DNA of 63,690 nucleotides, counting the filler, from Atractiella rhizophila (taxonomy: Eukaryota), in NCBI GenBank assembly GCA_021432655.1. It is 5 parts of 5 records of this genome, joined end to end, with 100 filler letters (N's around TTAATTAATTAA, not from the genome) between each part and the next. Parts side by side here need not be neighbours in the genome. Positions count along the whole stretch, not along the records: positions 1 to 16,581 come from MU271898.1; 4 more parts are not named here. One strand, 5' to 3'. Position numbers and translations under genes: made by a program. The notes under the pieces were generated by a model that was not told the origin of the DNA, did not search any database, and saw nothing but the letters and a program-made list of their open reading frames with translations. This document shows positions 1 through 14,309 of this stretch, in pieces (the first letter of the stretch is position 1; every line of letters starts with the position of its first letter).

Positions 1-1664
1 ATGGGACGCTAAATGGGCAGTAGAGCCTGGCAGGCTCAGGGTTCATGATTCTTTCTTTCTTGGTCAACAGCCACCATCGCTACAGACGACAACTTATCTT
101 CGGGCTCGCTGTCGCGGATTTCTGCCAAGCTATCTCTGTCCTTGTTCGTGTCTTTTTCATCCCTCATACATACCACTAAGCAGGAACAATGGTAGATCCC
201 CAGCGCTTACACCTTGGCGATCAATAAATGTTACTTCCCAGCCGGAAAAGCGTGTAACGTTTCTGGTTACCTCTACCCCATCTTCGCATTTGCTTCAACT
301 CTCTGGATACTTTTGTACGATTCTACTTTGAGCGACTGGCAGATAGCTGATGACCTCTTTAGGTTGGCAATTTCGACAGCTTTCCCGCTCATGAAACCCC
401 TGTCCCGTTACCACGAAGCTCTGAATCAAGTGAAATGGTTAATACCTTCCTGCTGGGTTGGGATCTACGGAACGTCGATCTTGTATGTAACAATTTGGTG
501 GTCTATCTTGGGGTATGCATCATCTTGCTCGAGAAATTCACTCAAATCGACATGTAGGCGCATCGAGCCTCTTGGAGGCGGGATGTGTGGTCTTCGATCC
601 AGCTCGAATACCGGTCTCCCAGGCTCGCTCATTCTCTTCCTTCCTCGGTATTCTCCCTCCCTCATCTCAATATGACGTTCCTTAAGTGGACTCGGATGTA
701 GAGCAATTACTTTTCTTGTGATCAGTTTTGTTTACGCGTTGATCCTCAATTTCCTGCGACGACGTTCCATCGATTCCAATGCGGACGACTGTGCATCGTC
801 AAAATCAACTTTGTGTTGTTCTCCCCCACCTTTCGAATGTCCTTTTGTTGGTCTGGGTGGACGAACGACTGTACGACGATTAGAGAGCGGTTGGCCAGGT
901 GATATACCTGATGACGTTTTCTGCAGCGGTATGGATCGATTGAGAGGAGTGAACACGATAGAAAGCGATGGTACATTGGTTGGGGAGAGCACGGAAGAAC
1001 TGAGGAAGATGGTTCAGGATGACAGAGAGAAAGGACGTGAAACCACTCTTTGTTCAGATAGGCAGCCTGCGATCCGATTCTTTTGCCTTCTGTCGAGCCC
1101 CCCATCCGCTCATCAGTGCAAGATGAACATCGGGACGCAGATTTCGCACGCGACTCTCAGGTTGGACAAACATCACAGAAGAGGAAACTTAGCCCAGCTG
1201 AGATGAGCCGGACCGTGCCTCAGCTCATGATGTTGTACCCAATTGCCGTTTGTCCTGCCATCTTACCCTGAATTGTGAGACTGACGAGAGGACAGTATCT
1301 GCTGCTCTAATTCCCCTTAGCCTGATACGAGAAGCCTATCAACTTGCAGAGCATGAACGAATCCCTTACCTGTCAGCAATAGGAAGGTTCCTGATTTTTA
1401 GTCAAGGCTTTGTCCATGCTGTATGCTGTTCTCATCTCATGTCGTTCAGTGCTCATCAAGGCCTGCGCGCAGATGATCTACGCTGTTGTCGAGTACGGCT
1501 TTAGGAACTCTTCTGGGAGTGTAACATGAGAGATTTCTGATTATTTGTCTTGATGCTTTGATGTGTGCAAGAATCCGGTTGTAGAGATGAAGAACGGTGT
1601 TTTGTATTGCAATTGAAGAGATACCACATTTTATCATCAAACACGCCTCAGACTTGAACTGCTG

Positions 1665-2161
1665 TCACCTTACAAAGTACCACTCCTGCCACCATCCCAA
1701 CGTCAACCAAACCAAAGTGAGCACATGGACAGTCATAGCCATCTTAAGAGCAGGGCTTCTCCAATTAGTCGTCCTATAGAATCTCCACTCAAGGGTCCAA
1801 AAGACGACAGCGACGGCCAAAGTGAAAGTAGCGATCTCATACACCTGTTGATTCCCCAAATGATACGCTGCATACAGTCTCGCGAAGCCAGAAATCATAG
1901 TCCATCCGCCGAATTGGCGCGCTGAGAGCCCGGTCACTTGTCCTGGAACAAGGGGGAACATTTCGAGTGAGGATGGCGGAGGTGCGACGGGGGAGGTGCT
2001 GGAGAAGTAGGAGAGGTAGGTGTTGAGAAAGCAGAGGAAGGCAATCTGATTTTATAGATGGATAGTTTCGGTGAATTGAGGTTTGGAAGCGTGAGGAGAG
2101 TGTCGAAACTTACGAAAAGAAACCAATAAGGCAACAGCCCGTTTTCTGTTGAGGGTAGCAT
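1665..2161 (-). CDS. ERG28: Ergosterol biosynthesis scaffold protein Erg28 (2 exons, intron ~2046-2113)
   Basis: Spliced product reads MLPSTENGLLPYWFLF / IAFLCFLNTY...VTGLSARQFGGWTMISGFARLYAAYHL..VYEIATFT..WTLEW, matching Erg28 motifs (LLPYW, VTxLSARxFGxWT, RLYAAY). GTAAGT..CAG intron. The start could lie further upstream. Confidence 0.85.
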
Positions 2162-3763
2162 GTCTAGCAAACTTTGTCCCAAAATGTCCAAGAGAATGCG
2201 GTACAAGTAGTGGATTTCCAAAGGTCGTTCAAACTTGATGACAGGAATTATAAACAGCCAGCTGGCCCGTATCTGCTGAGTGCCCGCATGTACGAGTACT
2301 AGTAAACTAGTCGGTTTTAATGTTGGCCACTAGAGTCATTAGCCGAAGGGCCTGAATTTCCCTGAACTTCAAAAATCTATCCGTAAGCTATCCGTCCTGA
2401 GGTGGTGGCCCTGCTGTGGCGCACAGTGATTGCCAGCCGCCCAATACTAATCTCATTCGTTCTTTCAATAAATAGTAGCGGCACAGTATTTTTCTCGAGT
2501 CCAACAAGCAAATTGGACGGGAAACGGCATGGGGTATCCACACAGGATAGTGCATATCAAATGGTGCATGTAGGCTGATCCTGGACGACATCACGCCTAA
2601 AGTTATGAAGAATTATTATTGACATTTGGATAAACACTATTCTTCACTTCACGCTTGAGAAGAAATTGCAAGGCGAGCGAGCATACCGTCACACTCAATC
2701 ACAGATGTAGGCCGTGCCTGCTCTGCCTCGATGATGGCGTCTAGTTCTACGATAAGTTGCCAGTCATTTTGGTCGACAGCCCACTTTCATCCACCTTTTG
2801 CTCCTCACAACATCAGCGAAGCTTTCGCTGAGGACTCAGAACAGAACATCACGCAGAGTTGGGGTGCTTATCACGCTTTCTTTCACGTAAACTATCACGG
2901 CTACGAGGTCCCGAGTCAGCTTTTTAGGGTGACAAAAGCACAAAAGAGGAAGCTAGAAGCTTATTCTATTGAAGATTAATGCATGATTCTGCGTGAGCTG
3001 AACAACGAACAGGTTCGCAGTCTCATTCACCAATGAAGAGGTTTTGCAATTTTCTTTTTGTTTCAGATTCGGTTGCATAGGCTGATCCTCTCTACTTGTT
3101 CCGTTACTCTTGCAAACATTACGCTCATAGTACCTTTATGAAATATCAAGAAAACTCATACTCATTGTCCATTCCTTGATGTTCTTGATTTCCTCATCGT
3201 TCTTTTGTACAAAAGTGACACGAAGACAATCTCGGGATCTTGGAGAAAAAAATATATGATTTGTTTATGAAACCGTCATGAAAGGCTCATCCGCTCCCCG
3301 CAACAACAAAAAGTAAGGGCAAGGGCCGAAAGGAACCCCCCAACCAAAATGAAAAAAACCAACAGCCTAACCCCCTAACTTAAAAACTCCAAGCGACTTC
3401 AAATAGCAGGAGATAGCATACCTCTACCTCGCACCTTTCTTAGGCCGTTTGAACTCATAACCCTGCCCTGCCGCCAGTAGTGACGCGGTCAATATAAGAA
3501 TCCCTGCCGAATCCATCCATGCGGCACCCTGGACATTCCTCTCCGCCACTTTCCTGTACACATAAGATCGTAAGAGGCTTCCCTCTACTCTTCTTCCAAC
3601 TCTAGCATCTAGCATTGTTCTTCCTTCGTCGTTCGATTGGATGACCTCAGCCTTCTAACCAACAACACAACTTCTCCACTTCAGCTTGACAACTTTTCTT
3701 CACAAAGCAACACTTCTGCACTGCTGGACTGAACTTAGCCCAACTACTTCCCTCGCCAGCACG

Positions 3764-6691
<2,928 letters not shown>

Positions 6692-6955
6692 TGTCGGGTT
6701 AGATAATCTATTATCAAAAGTGGATATTTACTATCTTAGAGAGTCATAATATACATGTCCGCTGTCACATTACTTGATTGGGTTGGGATTTCGAAGGCAT
6801 CAATGCCGGTTAGGTTACTGAAACAATGCTTAAGTGAAATCAATGAAAGAAGACCGAATTAACGACGAAGGAGCTGAACTGAACAGGGAGCAGTCATAAG
6901 CCTGCTCCTCGACCTCTGGACTCCACCACCCACTCTCCATTGAGGTCTGGATCGA

Positions 6956-9900
6956 CTACTGCATCATAGAGGAATCTCCGTTCCCATTCAGAGGTCGAAA
7001 GGTCAATCCTCTCTGTTGGACATCTGCCCTTGGAGCAGAAGGTGTCGCAGTGCCAGACGGTGAGGGATCAATGACGATCATTTCTCCTGATCGTTGAGGA
7101 GATAAATTTGTGTTCAGCGACGCGAATTCCTCCTCTGTCTTGACGGGGATATCGAGGCTCTCTTGTAGATAGAAAGGCTCCTCTTCAGTGTGAACACGAG
7201 TATCTAGAGGTCGAGCGTTGGGCTCATCGGATGGTAGCGCAACTGGGATGTCATCCTCGCCCGAACCCTCAATAGCGGAAGCATTTTGTAATGCTCGAGT
7301 GATAGTGGACTGAGAAACTTCAACTGCGACGTCTACTGGGATATCAGGTTGTCCATCTTGCTCTTGAAACTGCAATCCAGGCCCTGTCTCCGTTGAAGAC
7401 TGATCCATTTGATCTGCCTCCTGCGCTGTCGATGCTGGCTGCATTCGGCCTTCTTGTTGCTGCATGACCTCTAGTTCAAGGGGATGAAGTTCCAAAGGCC
7501 TGTCACCATCGACACTTTCAGAATAATTTTGAAGAGAGGGAGGGGTGGAACGAACCTTCGGATCCATTTGCCGTCCTCTGCTTGAACAAACGAACTTTTG
7601 GCTTGTCCAAACCACTGTCTGACCTGGCCAGCACTGACACCTATCCTCAGGGCGAGCGACTCTCTCTCCGACGGTGAAGCAAAGCCATGATCCCTGACCC
7701 ATTCCTCCAGCGATCGTTGAGCTAGAATCCAAAGCGACCCATCAGACCGCTTAAGGTTAGATGGGAAGGGGAAAGACGGACCATCAGCTGACATCGGGAG
7801 TTTTCTCCTCGTCTGCTTTCCTTGCGGCTTGGAGGGTTTGTCCCTCCCGGTCCCCCAACGATTCAACCTAGCCAACCCAAGACGTCAGCTTGAGCGGGAC
7901 GGTGTTGAGTGACGCACGCGGCTGGAACGTAGGGCCCGCTCCCACTCCTCTTCCTCGCTCCATTAAACCAACTCTGCACCTGCAGCTTTGTCAAGCCAGT
8001 TTTTTGAACCAGCTCAGCAACTTCTTGAGGTGTGGGCTTCAGGGTGCGGACTGCGGTGGCCTCGAGCTCATTCAATACTACATGTTAAGGGCCACAATTG
8101 GTCATGATATAAAAGGAAAGAAGGGAATGACGAACTGGCTTCTGAGAAATGTGAACCCCTGGTCTGCATGACTGGCATAGCGGGAAGCTGCATCTCTCCT
8201 GCTGCATCCTTCTCTCCCGATACACCTGTACCTTCTCCTTCTTCTGCTTCTCCGACCACAGCATCTCCCTCTCCGCTTCTGAGCACCTGCACATTCACGG
8301 GTTGGCCCTTGATGCTATTCCGTATGCCCATTTTGAGTCAGCAAGCTATTTTCCCCACATAGGAAAAGGAGCGAGGGGGATGGATACCTGAGCACGCCAC
8401 GGGACTTGAGGGAACGCCTCAGATGACAAAACCAGGCGTCTACCTGTCTGAGGGACAGTTGGGTCATTTGGCTCAACTGCTTCTTGCTCTCCTTCAACGG
8501 GTACGCGCCGTTCATTTCCACCCACGACGAAAGGACCTGGATCACTGTCATTCCGCGACGCGCTCATAAGCCCTTCGCTCATCGGGGTAGCAGGATAGAA
8601 AACATAAAAGGGAAGACGTGGACACACCCTCCGCGGGATAAGGCTTTCTATGCACTTCTCCTAGTAACCTCGGCTCCTCTCCGCCTCCAGCTCCAACGGT
8701 TTCCCGCTTCCCTGCACCACCACCATTACCATCAAGAGAGAACCCATTCTCCGCTGCGAGAGGGAAGGTTGGACCGGAAGGAGGGACGAAATCGCTCTGG
8801 TCGTTGAGAAAACTTGTTGATGCGACGGGGTTTGTCTCCTCCATCGAATCGGAGGGTTGTGGTGATTGGTCAAGTGAATGTTGTTGCACGTCAGGAGGAG
8901 GGGGAGGTTGTGCTGGAGGGAGAGGTGCCACCCTCCTGGCCCATGCTAACCAAGCCTCGAGGTCTTCAATTTCGATGTTGGCTTGTGCACAGAGGTCCTC
9001 TTTCACGTCAATTGAGGGATAAGGGAAAGAGATATGGTCTTCTATCCAATCTCTCAAGATCGAAGCAGCTGCCGCCATACCAACCGTAGGTTAACGTTGT
9101 AAAGATAAGAAGTAACTATGGAACGAACAGGAAGTTGGAAGTGGCGGTGGAAGTGGATGGGTCGGGATGAACCTGTCCCCTGCAGCGCGGAAGAGCCATT
9201 CATGAATGCGTTCTAGCGAGATCTCCAAAGTCGCACAAAAGTGCGCTTTCTCGTCCGGAAACAGGTATGGAAAGGCAAGATGAGAGGCATGCCACGACAT
9301 CAGTTCCGTGAGAGCTGTTAGAAATAGACCAACGTTAGAACGTTTGCTAGAAGGAGAGGAAAAGCACTCACCTGCAGTAGGTAGGAGATGACGGGTGAAC
9401 CAGTCCCGAACTTTTGTGATTGACCATCCCGTTTTACTACTTAGCTCTTCAAGCTGTTCGTTCGATGGTGTCCACTCTTCTCCTCCCCAATTACGCTCTC
9501 TAAAGCTGCACAGTATCTCCTCCACCTCTCTCGAGTCCTCAACTGCCTCTACCCGTGACGCGTTTTCCACATCTATATCCGCCAAATTGAAACGACCTTC
9601 ATCCCAGGCAGTTTCGAAAGCAGGTTGGTAAGAAACCGAATGATGGACCACTCCACTTTTCTCCAAAAACCAATCTCGAATACTCTCCCCGTTCAACGCC
9701 GTCTTCCTCCTCAAAGACTCCATCTCTTCTCCTGCGGGCACACCAACGTCCAGATGCGCCTCCCTCCATTCTTCTAGTATCCTTTTCGCGGTCGCAGGGA
9801 TTGAACGCGGATTCTTCCTCTTCATCTTCGACGGCCCTTCGCCTGTGTCTTGGTCTGGATTGTCCCGCGACGCTTCCGACGCCACCGCTTGGGTGCGACG

Positions 9901-10060
9901 ACGCTTGGGACGTCGGGGAATGGCGGTCGGCGCTGGTCCAGGGGGTCGATCGACGGGTCGAGGTATAGTCATTGTTATGGCGGTTTGTGTGCTGGAGCAA
10001 GTTAGCATTTCACCCCTACAAAAGGCTGTGAGGAAGTGCTTACGTCCGAGCCAAGTGCAT
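6956..10060 (-). CDS. Multi-homeodomain protein, seven tandem TALE-like homeodomains, ~851 aa, 10 exons
   Basis: Introns at 9992-10043, 9315-9371, 9069-9128, 8545-8627, 8315-8387, 8078-8135, 7868-7917, 7722-7781 and 7500-7555 are all GT..AG and phase-compatible, giving a continuous 2556-nt ORF. The pattern L..W....(PYP)...L...T.L....V..W[FL] recurs seven times (e.g. ILRDWIEDHISFPYPS..LEAWLAWARR; LSQMTQLSLRQVDAWFCHLRR; KTGLTKLQVQSWFNGARKR). The first exon is the least certain; alternative ATG at 9972. Confidence 0.82.
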
Positions 10061-10934
10061 ACGATGCTGGCTCAGATGATATCGCTGGAGAAGTTTCTTA
10101 TTATTTAACAAGATGGTCGATTATATTCCAAGTTCTAACCTTATTGAACGGTCAAATTTTATCTTTTCTTCCGCCCGCAACTACTGCTGCGGTCGCAATG
10201 TTATTGGGATCAAGATGTCTTCTTTCTTTGGATATCATACATGTCATATATCATGCGTTGATGCTACACCTCTGATTTCCCAGTCTCCTCTGGGTGGAGG
10301 AGTATGAAAACTCGCACCCTGTCCGCACCCATAGATACAGCTGCCCTTGTGTCCTCGAAAGCTTGGCTGCCAGTGCTTCTCTTTGCACTATTTGGTCTCT
10401 TCAAGCAACGGTGATTTATGCACAAAGCGTCAAACAGCCTAGCTTGAAGTTATATGGGCTCAGAAATGGGTTTTACTTCGCCGTGGCTCCTTGTTCTACC
10501 TCATTCCATTTCTCGGATTGTGGCAGCAAGCTTGCATCTATTTCTGCTCATCCAAAGGACAAAGGAACGGATAGGATGTCAGCTCACCCGTCAGGGATTA
10601 TTGGAGAGCACGAGAGCCGCTCTAGTGCTCAAGGAGATCAGTTGCTAATTTCCTCAGAAAAGATGCATCACGTCTTGAGTAGCCGACAACCCTTCTTTGC
10701 TTTAATATCCAGGACATGAAATCGACGTGATGTCATGATCCAGAATCAATAGACACGTACCTATGATGTAGAAGACCCACCTATGTTGTAGACTCTAAGT
10801 GATCCTTTGCAAGAAATGTCGCTTCATGGCCAGAAGAGAACTCAACTCATGCTATTTGTGCTATGCCAACTGTAAATAACTGAGCTGAGAGAGACGGACA
10901 CCATCAGTCCCGTCATACGGAGCGACATCTCATC

Positions 10935-11124
10935 TCTCAGAACAGCATCAGCTGCGCAACATTTTGACCACAAACTAGTAGCTGTTGGGAACTCGGATCA
11001 CAATAAAAGCCCAGAGACCAGGCTTCGTTCCCGTATGTTAGCACGAGACGCTTTCTCAGAACAACACCAGCTGCGCCACATTTCTGACCATGAACTAGTA
11101 ACTGGTTGGGAACTCGGATCACAA
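10935..11124. repeat. Two diverged ~70-bp direct repeats (10935-11003, 11054-11124)
   Basis: TCTCAGAACAgCAtCAGCTGCGCaACATTT..ACTAGTA.CTG.TTGGGAACTCGGATCACAA occurs twice, ~119 bp apart. Confidence 0.7.
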
Positions 11125-11768
11125 CAATGTGCGGCACGTCACAGTCTAGGCTGCAAATTCTCGCCAATCATTAATCATTCATCGTAGAGTCCCTAGGCTC
11201 CCAACGAAACGAAACGAACCTCGCTGTACCCCGCGCGGTGCATCTCATCCATGGATAGGTTTTTAGGAGTATGACATAATGGATAATGAAATTCGGAAAT
11301 CGAAGCCTGATCCCATCGCCTTCGCTAACCATTGCGTAACATTTTTGGAGTCGACTTTGTCAAGTCAAGAGGCAGACTCCCTTGCACGACCTGAAAGGAG
11401 CACAGTGTTGCTTTGTACTGTACCTTTGTCAACTTGTGTCAATTAAGTACTACAATCTCTTGAGCATGACAATCCCACTACTGGAATCCGCAACCATGCA
11501 ACGACAGTGTGAATAAATAAGTGACAAGCAAGGAAAACGTTTCGAAATGCGGCCAAGTGCCCAGGTGCTTTGCGACCTTTTTTTAGCGCAGCGCACATTT
11601 CAATCGGCCCCTTGCCATTTTGCCGCCCTGGCTTTTTAAAACCACCAACAAAAAGGGGCACTCGTTCGCTCAGTCCGACACTCGTCCTTGTCTTTACTTG
11701 CAGGCTACAAAGCCACGACCCTCCCTTATCCAGCTACACGCTCTTTATCCACCTAACCAGCTATCAAC

Positions 11769-13885
11769 ATGCTTCTCGTTCCCCTCCTTGCTCTGGGCTC
11801 CACCGCCTTAGCGCACATGGGCCATCATCATGCTCACCATCACAACATCGCAAAGAGGGCAACAGCTGCTCCTACCGACGAGGCTTCTGAGGCCAAAATC
11901 AGCGGCGCAACGGACGAGTGTACCGCTTACAATGATCCCATCGTCTCCTCCTTGGTGAGTCTTTTCTTGGGATTTGGGGTTGCACGTCCTGGTGGGTTCG
12001 GTGCGGTCCGACAACCCGAAGAAGAGTCCAGCAAAAAAACAAGTCAAATAGAAGAGGACTATTCTATCTTTCTTTTGCAATAATGCGAATCTGGTCCCGA
12101 TTCTAGTTCTGGACATATGACCTTTAGCGTAACGGCTGACTGACTGAGGACATGTTGACAGGCGAAGAGTTACCCTGCCAACTGGGAAATCGCCTCCATT
12201 CCCGACAGCGACACGGACGCCCAGGCGCTCTTCAAGGCTCTCCAACCCAATATTCCCAACATCAAAGTGAAGGGAACTCCCCAAGGAGACTTCTCCGCTT
12301 TCACTCCCACCTACGACTCTTCTGACCCTGGTGCGTCCTATCCATCCTCCTCTCCCATCGAGAAATAAAATTGATGGTGTGACGATTGTAGATTGTTGGT
12401 GGACTTACAAGCAGTGCACGTCTGGAAAGACCAAGGGCGTCATTGGTGATCTTACCACTTGTAACGAGGTAAATCTTTCGTCTCTGTGCTCGAAGGACGA
12501 CAACTGACAAAACTGATGGATATAGCCGAACACTTGGGGATTGACCTATGACGATGGACCAAACTGCTCCCACAATGCTTTCTACGACTACTTGCGGGAA
12601 CAAAACCAGAAGGCGACTATGGTTCGTTGACTTCTTTTCTTTTAAAGACATTGTTTTCATTCTGACCTTGATACAGTTCTTCATCGGGTGAGGAGACAAT
12701 ATGTCCTGCTGCTTGAGAGCTGACGTTGGTCAAGGTCTAATGTCATGAACTGGCCTTATCAGGCTCAGCGAGCCTTGGTTGATGGTCACGAAATCTGTGT
12801 GCACACGTAAGTCGCACTTTTCTTTTAAAAAATTGCAGAATGCTGACTTTGGAGCATAGCTGGTCGCACCGGTATGCCTCGCATTCCTGGCTGCAATAGT
12901 TGAGACGAATTGACTATGTGCGGCAGATACATGACAGGATTGACGAACGAGCAAGCCTTTGCTGAGCTCTATTACACCCAGAAGATCATCAAGGAAGTCA
13001 TCGGCGTCACTCCCAAGTGCTGGCGACCAGCCTTCGGAGACGTTGATGACAGGATCAGGTTCATTGCTCAGTCTCTCGGACTGCAAACTATCACTTGGGT
13101 CAGGGACATCTTGTAAGCCTTTCTTTCCATCATTTGTCAAGTGCCCAGCGTTGATACCGTGCCACAGCGATTGGAACTGGCCCGTCCTCGGACTCAAACA
13201 GATTGATGCCAACTACCAAGGCCTCATTGACGCAGCTGCGAATGGAACATTCAGCACTTACGGGTATGCTTCCCATCCTCTATGAGAGGAGTATCGTTTA
13301 TTGAAGACTTTGGTAGACCCATCGTCCTGACCCACGAGATTGATGGAGAGACGATGGAGAAGGCGATCACCTGGTTGCCCAAGGTCCAGTCCGCCTTCAA
13401 GGCCGTCGTGCCTGTCGGTGTCTGTCACAACGTGACGCACCCCTACATGGAGGACGAGTACGAGTACCCCGACTTCAAAGCCTACGGTTCGTTCCTCCCC
13501 TCCTCTTCATTCCATCTCTCTGACCAATTGATTCTTGGATGCAGTTGCTGGAACAACGCAACTCAGCCTTCCAGGCGTAACCGAGACCCCAGTCGCCAAG
13601 CTCGACCTGCCCCTCTCAGCAGGCAACTCCAATCCGATCACGAACGCGCTCTACACTCCCGACTCGGGAGCTGCCACCGGAGCCGCCTCGTCCCCACAGC
13701 AGACGTCGTCCAGCAGCTCGTCCTCCTCCTCCTCCTCGAAGACGACTGGAGCTCAAAGCGCGGCGAAGAGCGGAAGCAACTCAGCTGCTGCTGACCATTC
13801 GTCTGCTCAGGCTTTCGGTCCTATGATGTTGGGATCGCTCGCGGCTGCTTTCGTCGCTGTTGGAGCCGCTATCGTGGCTATTTAA
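11769..13885 (+). CDS. Secreted GPI-anchored chitin deacetylase (CE4/NodB; Cryptococcus Cda/MP98-like)
   Basis: Signal peptide; CWWT; CE4 motifs TWGLTYDDGP, HEICVHT/WSH, CWRPAFGDVDDRIR and IVLTHE; Ser/Thr-rich stalk and hydrophobic GPI tail (GPMMLGSLAAAFVAVGAAIVAI*). Confidence 0.93.
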
Positions 13886-14309
13886 TTGACATTTCGGTTG
13901 GCTTTCTTTTTGGTTTGGATGAGCTTGAAATGCTGTCGCTGTCGCTGTTTGAGGTTGGAAGCGTTGATGTTAATGTTATTATTCGTTTCGAGATATATTT
14001 GGGCTGGTCGCACAGAGAACAATGCAAAAAGTCCAAGACTTTTAATCAATGACAGAGTACATAACAGGACAGGACCAAGCAAGTAACAAGTTCAGGAATA
14101 GCAAATCCAGCTGCAGTCAATGTTAGATGGAAGTCAGGTTACAGCAAGTAGACTGCGTGTGTGGTTTTCAACGGCCGTCCGGATGTTTGTAGCCTTCCAG
14201 CCAACAAATCTTACGCGTCCGCCAAAAACGACAAAGTCGACAGTTCCAGCCTCTCTTCTAGTCGTCTCTCCTACCCAACATTTATAGAGCTCTAAGGCGT
14301 ATTACAGCG

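Noticed and set aside
1..1000. Possible HMG-box gene (RPHIPPPRGSMRL..., RWWLLTKKER) on the minus strand
   Set aside because: Resemblance is weak and no consistent stop-free spliced model could be built; left uncalled.
6956..10060. Mating-type HD locus interpretation
   Set aside because: No divergently transcribed HD1/HD2 partner, no MIP1 or pheromone/receptor genes on this piece, and the seven-HD architecture is unlike mating HD proteins.
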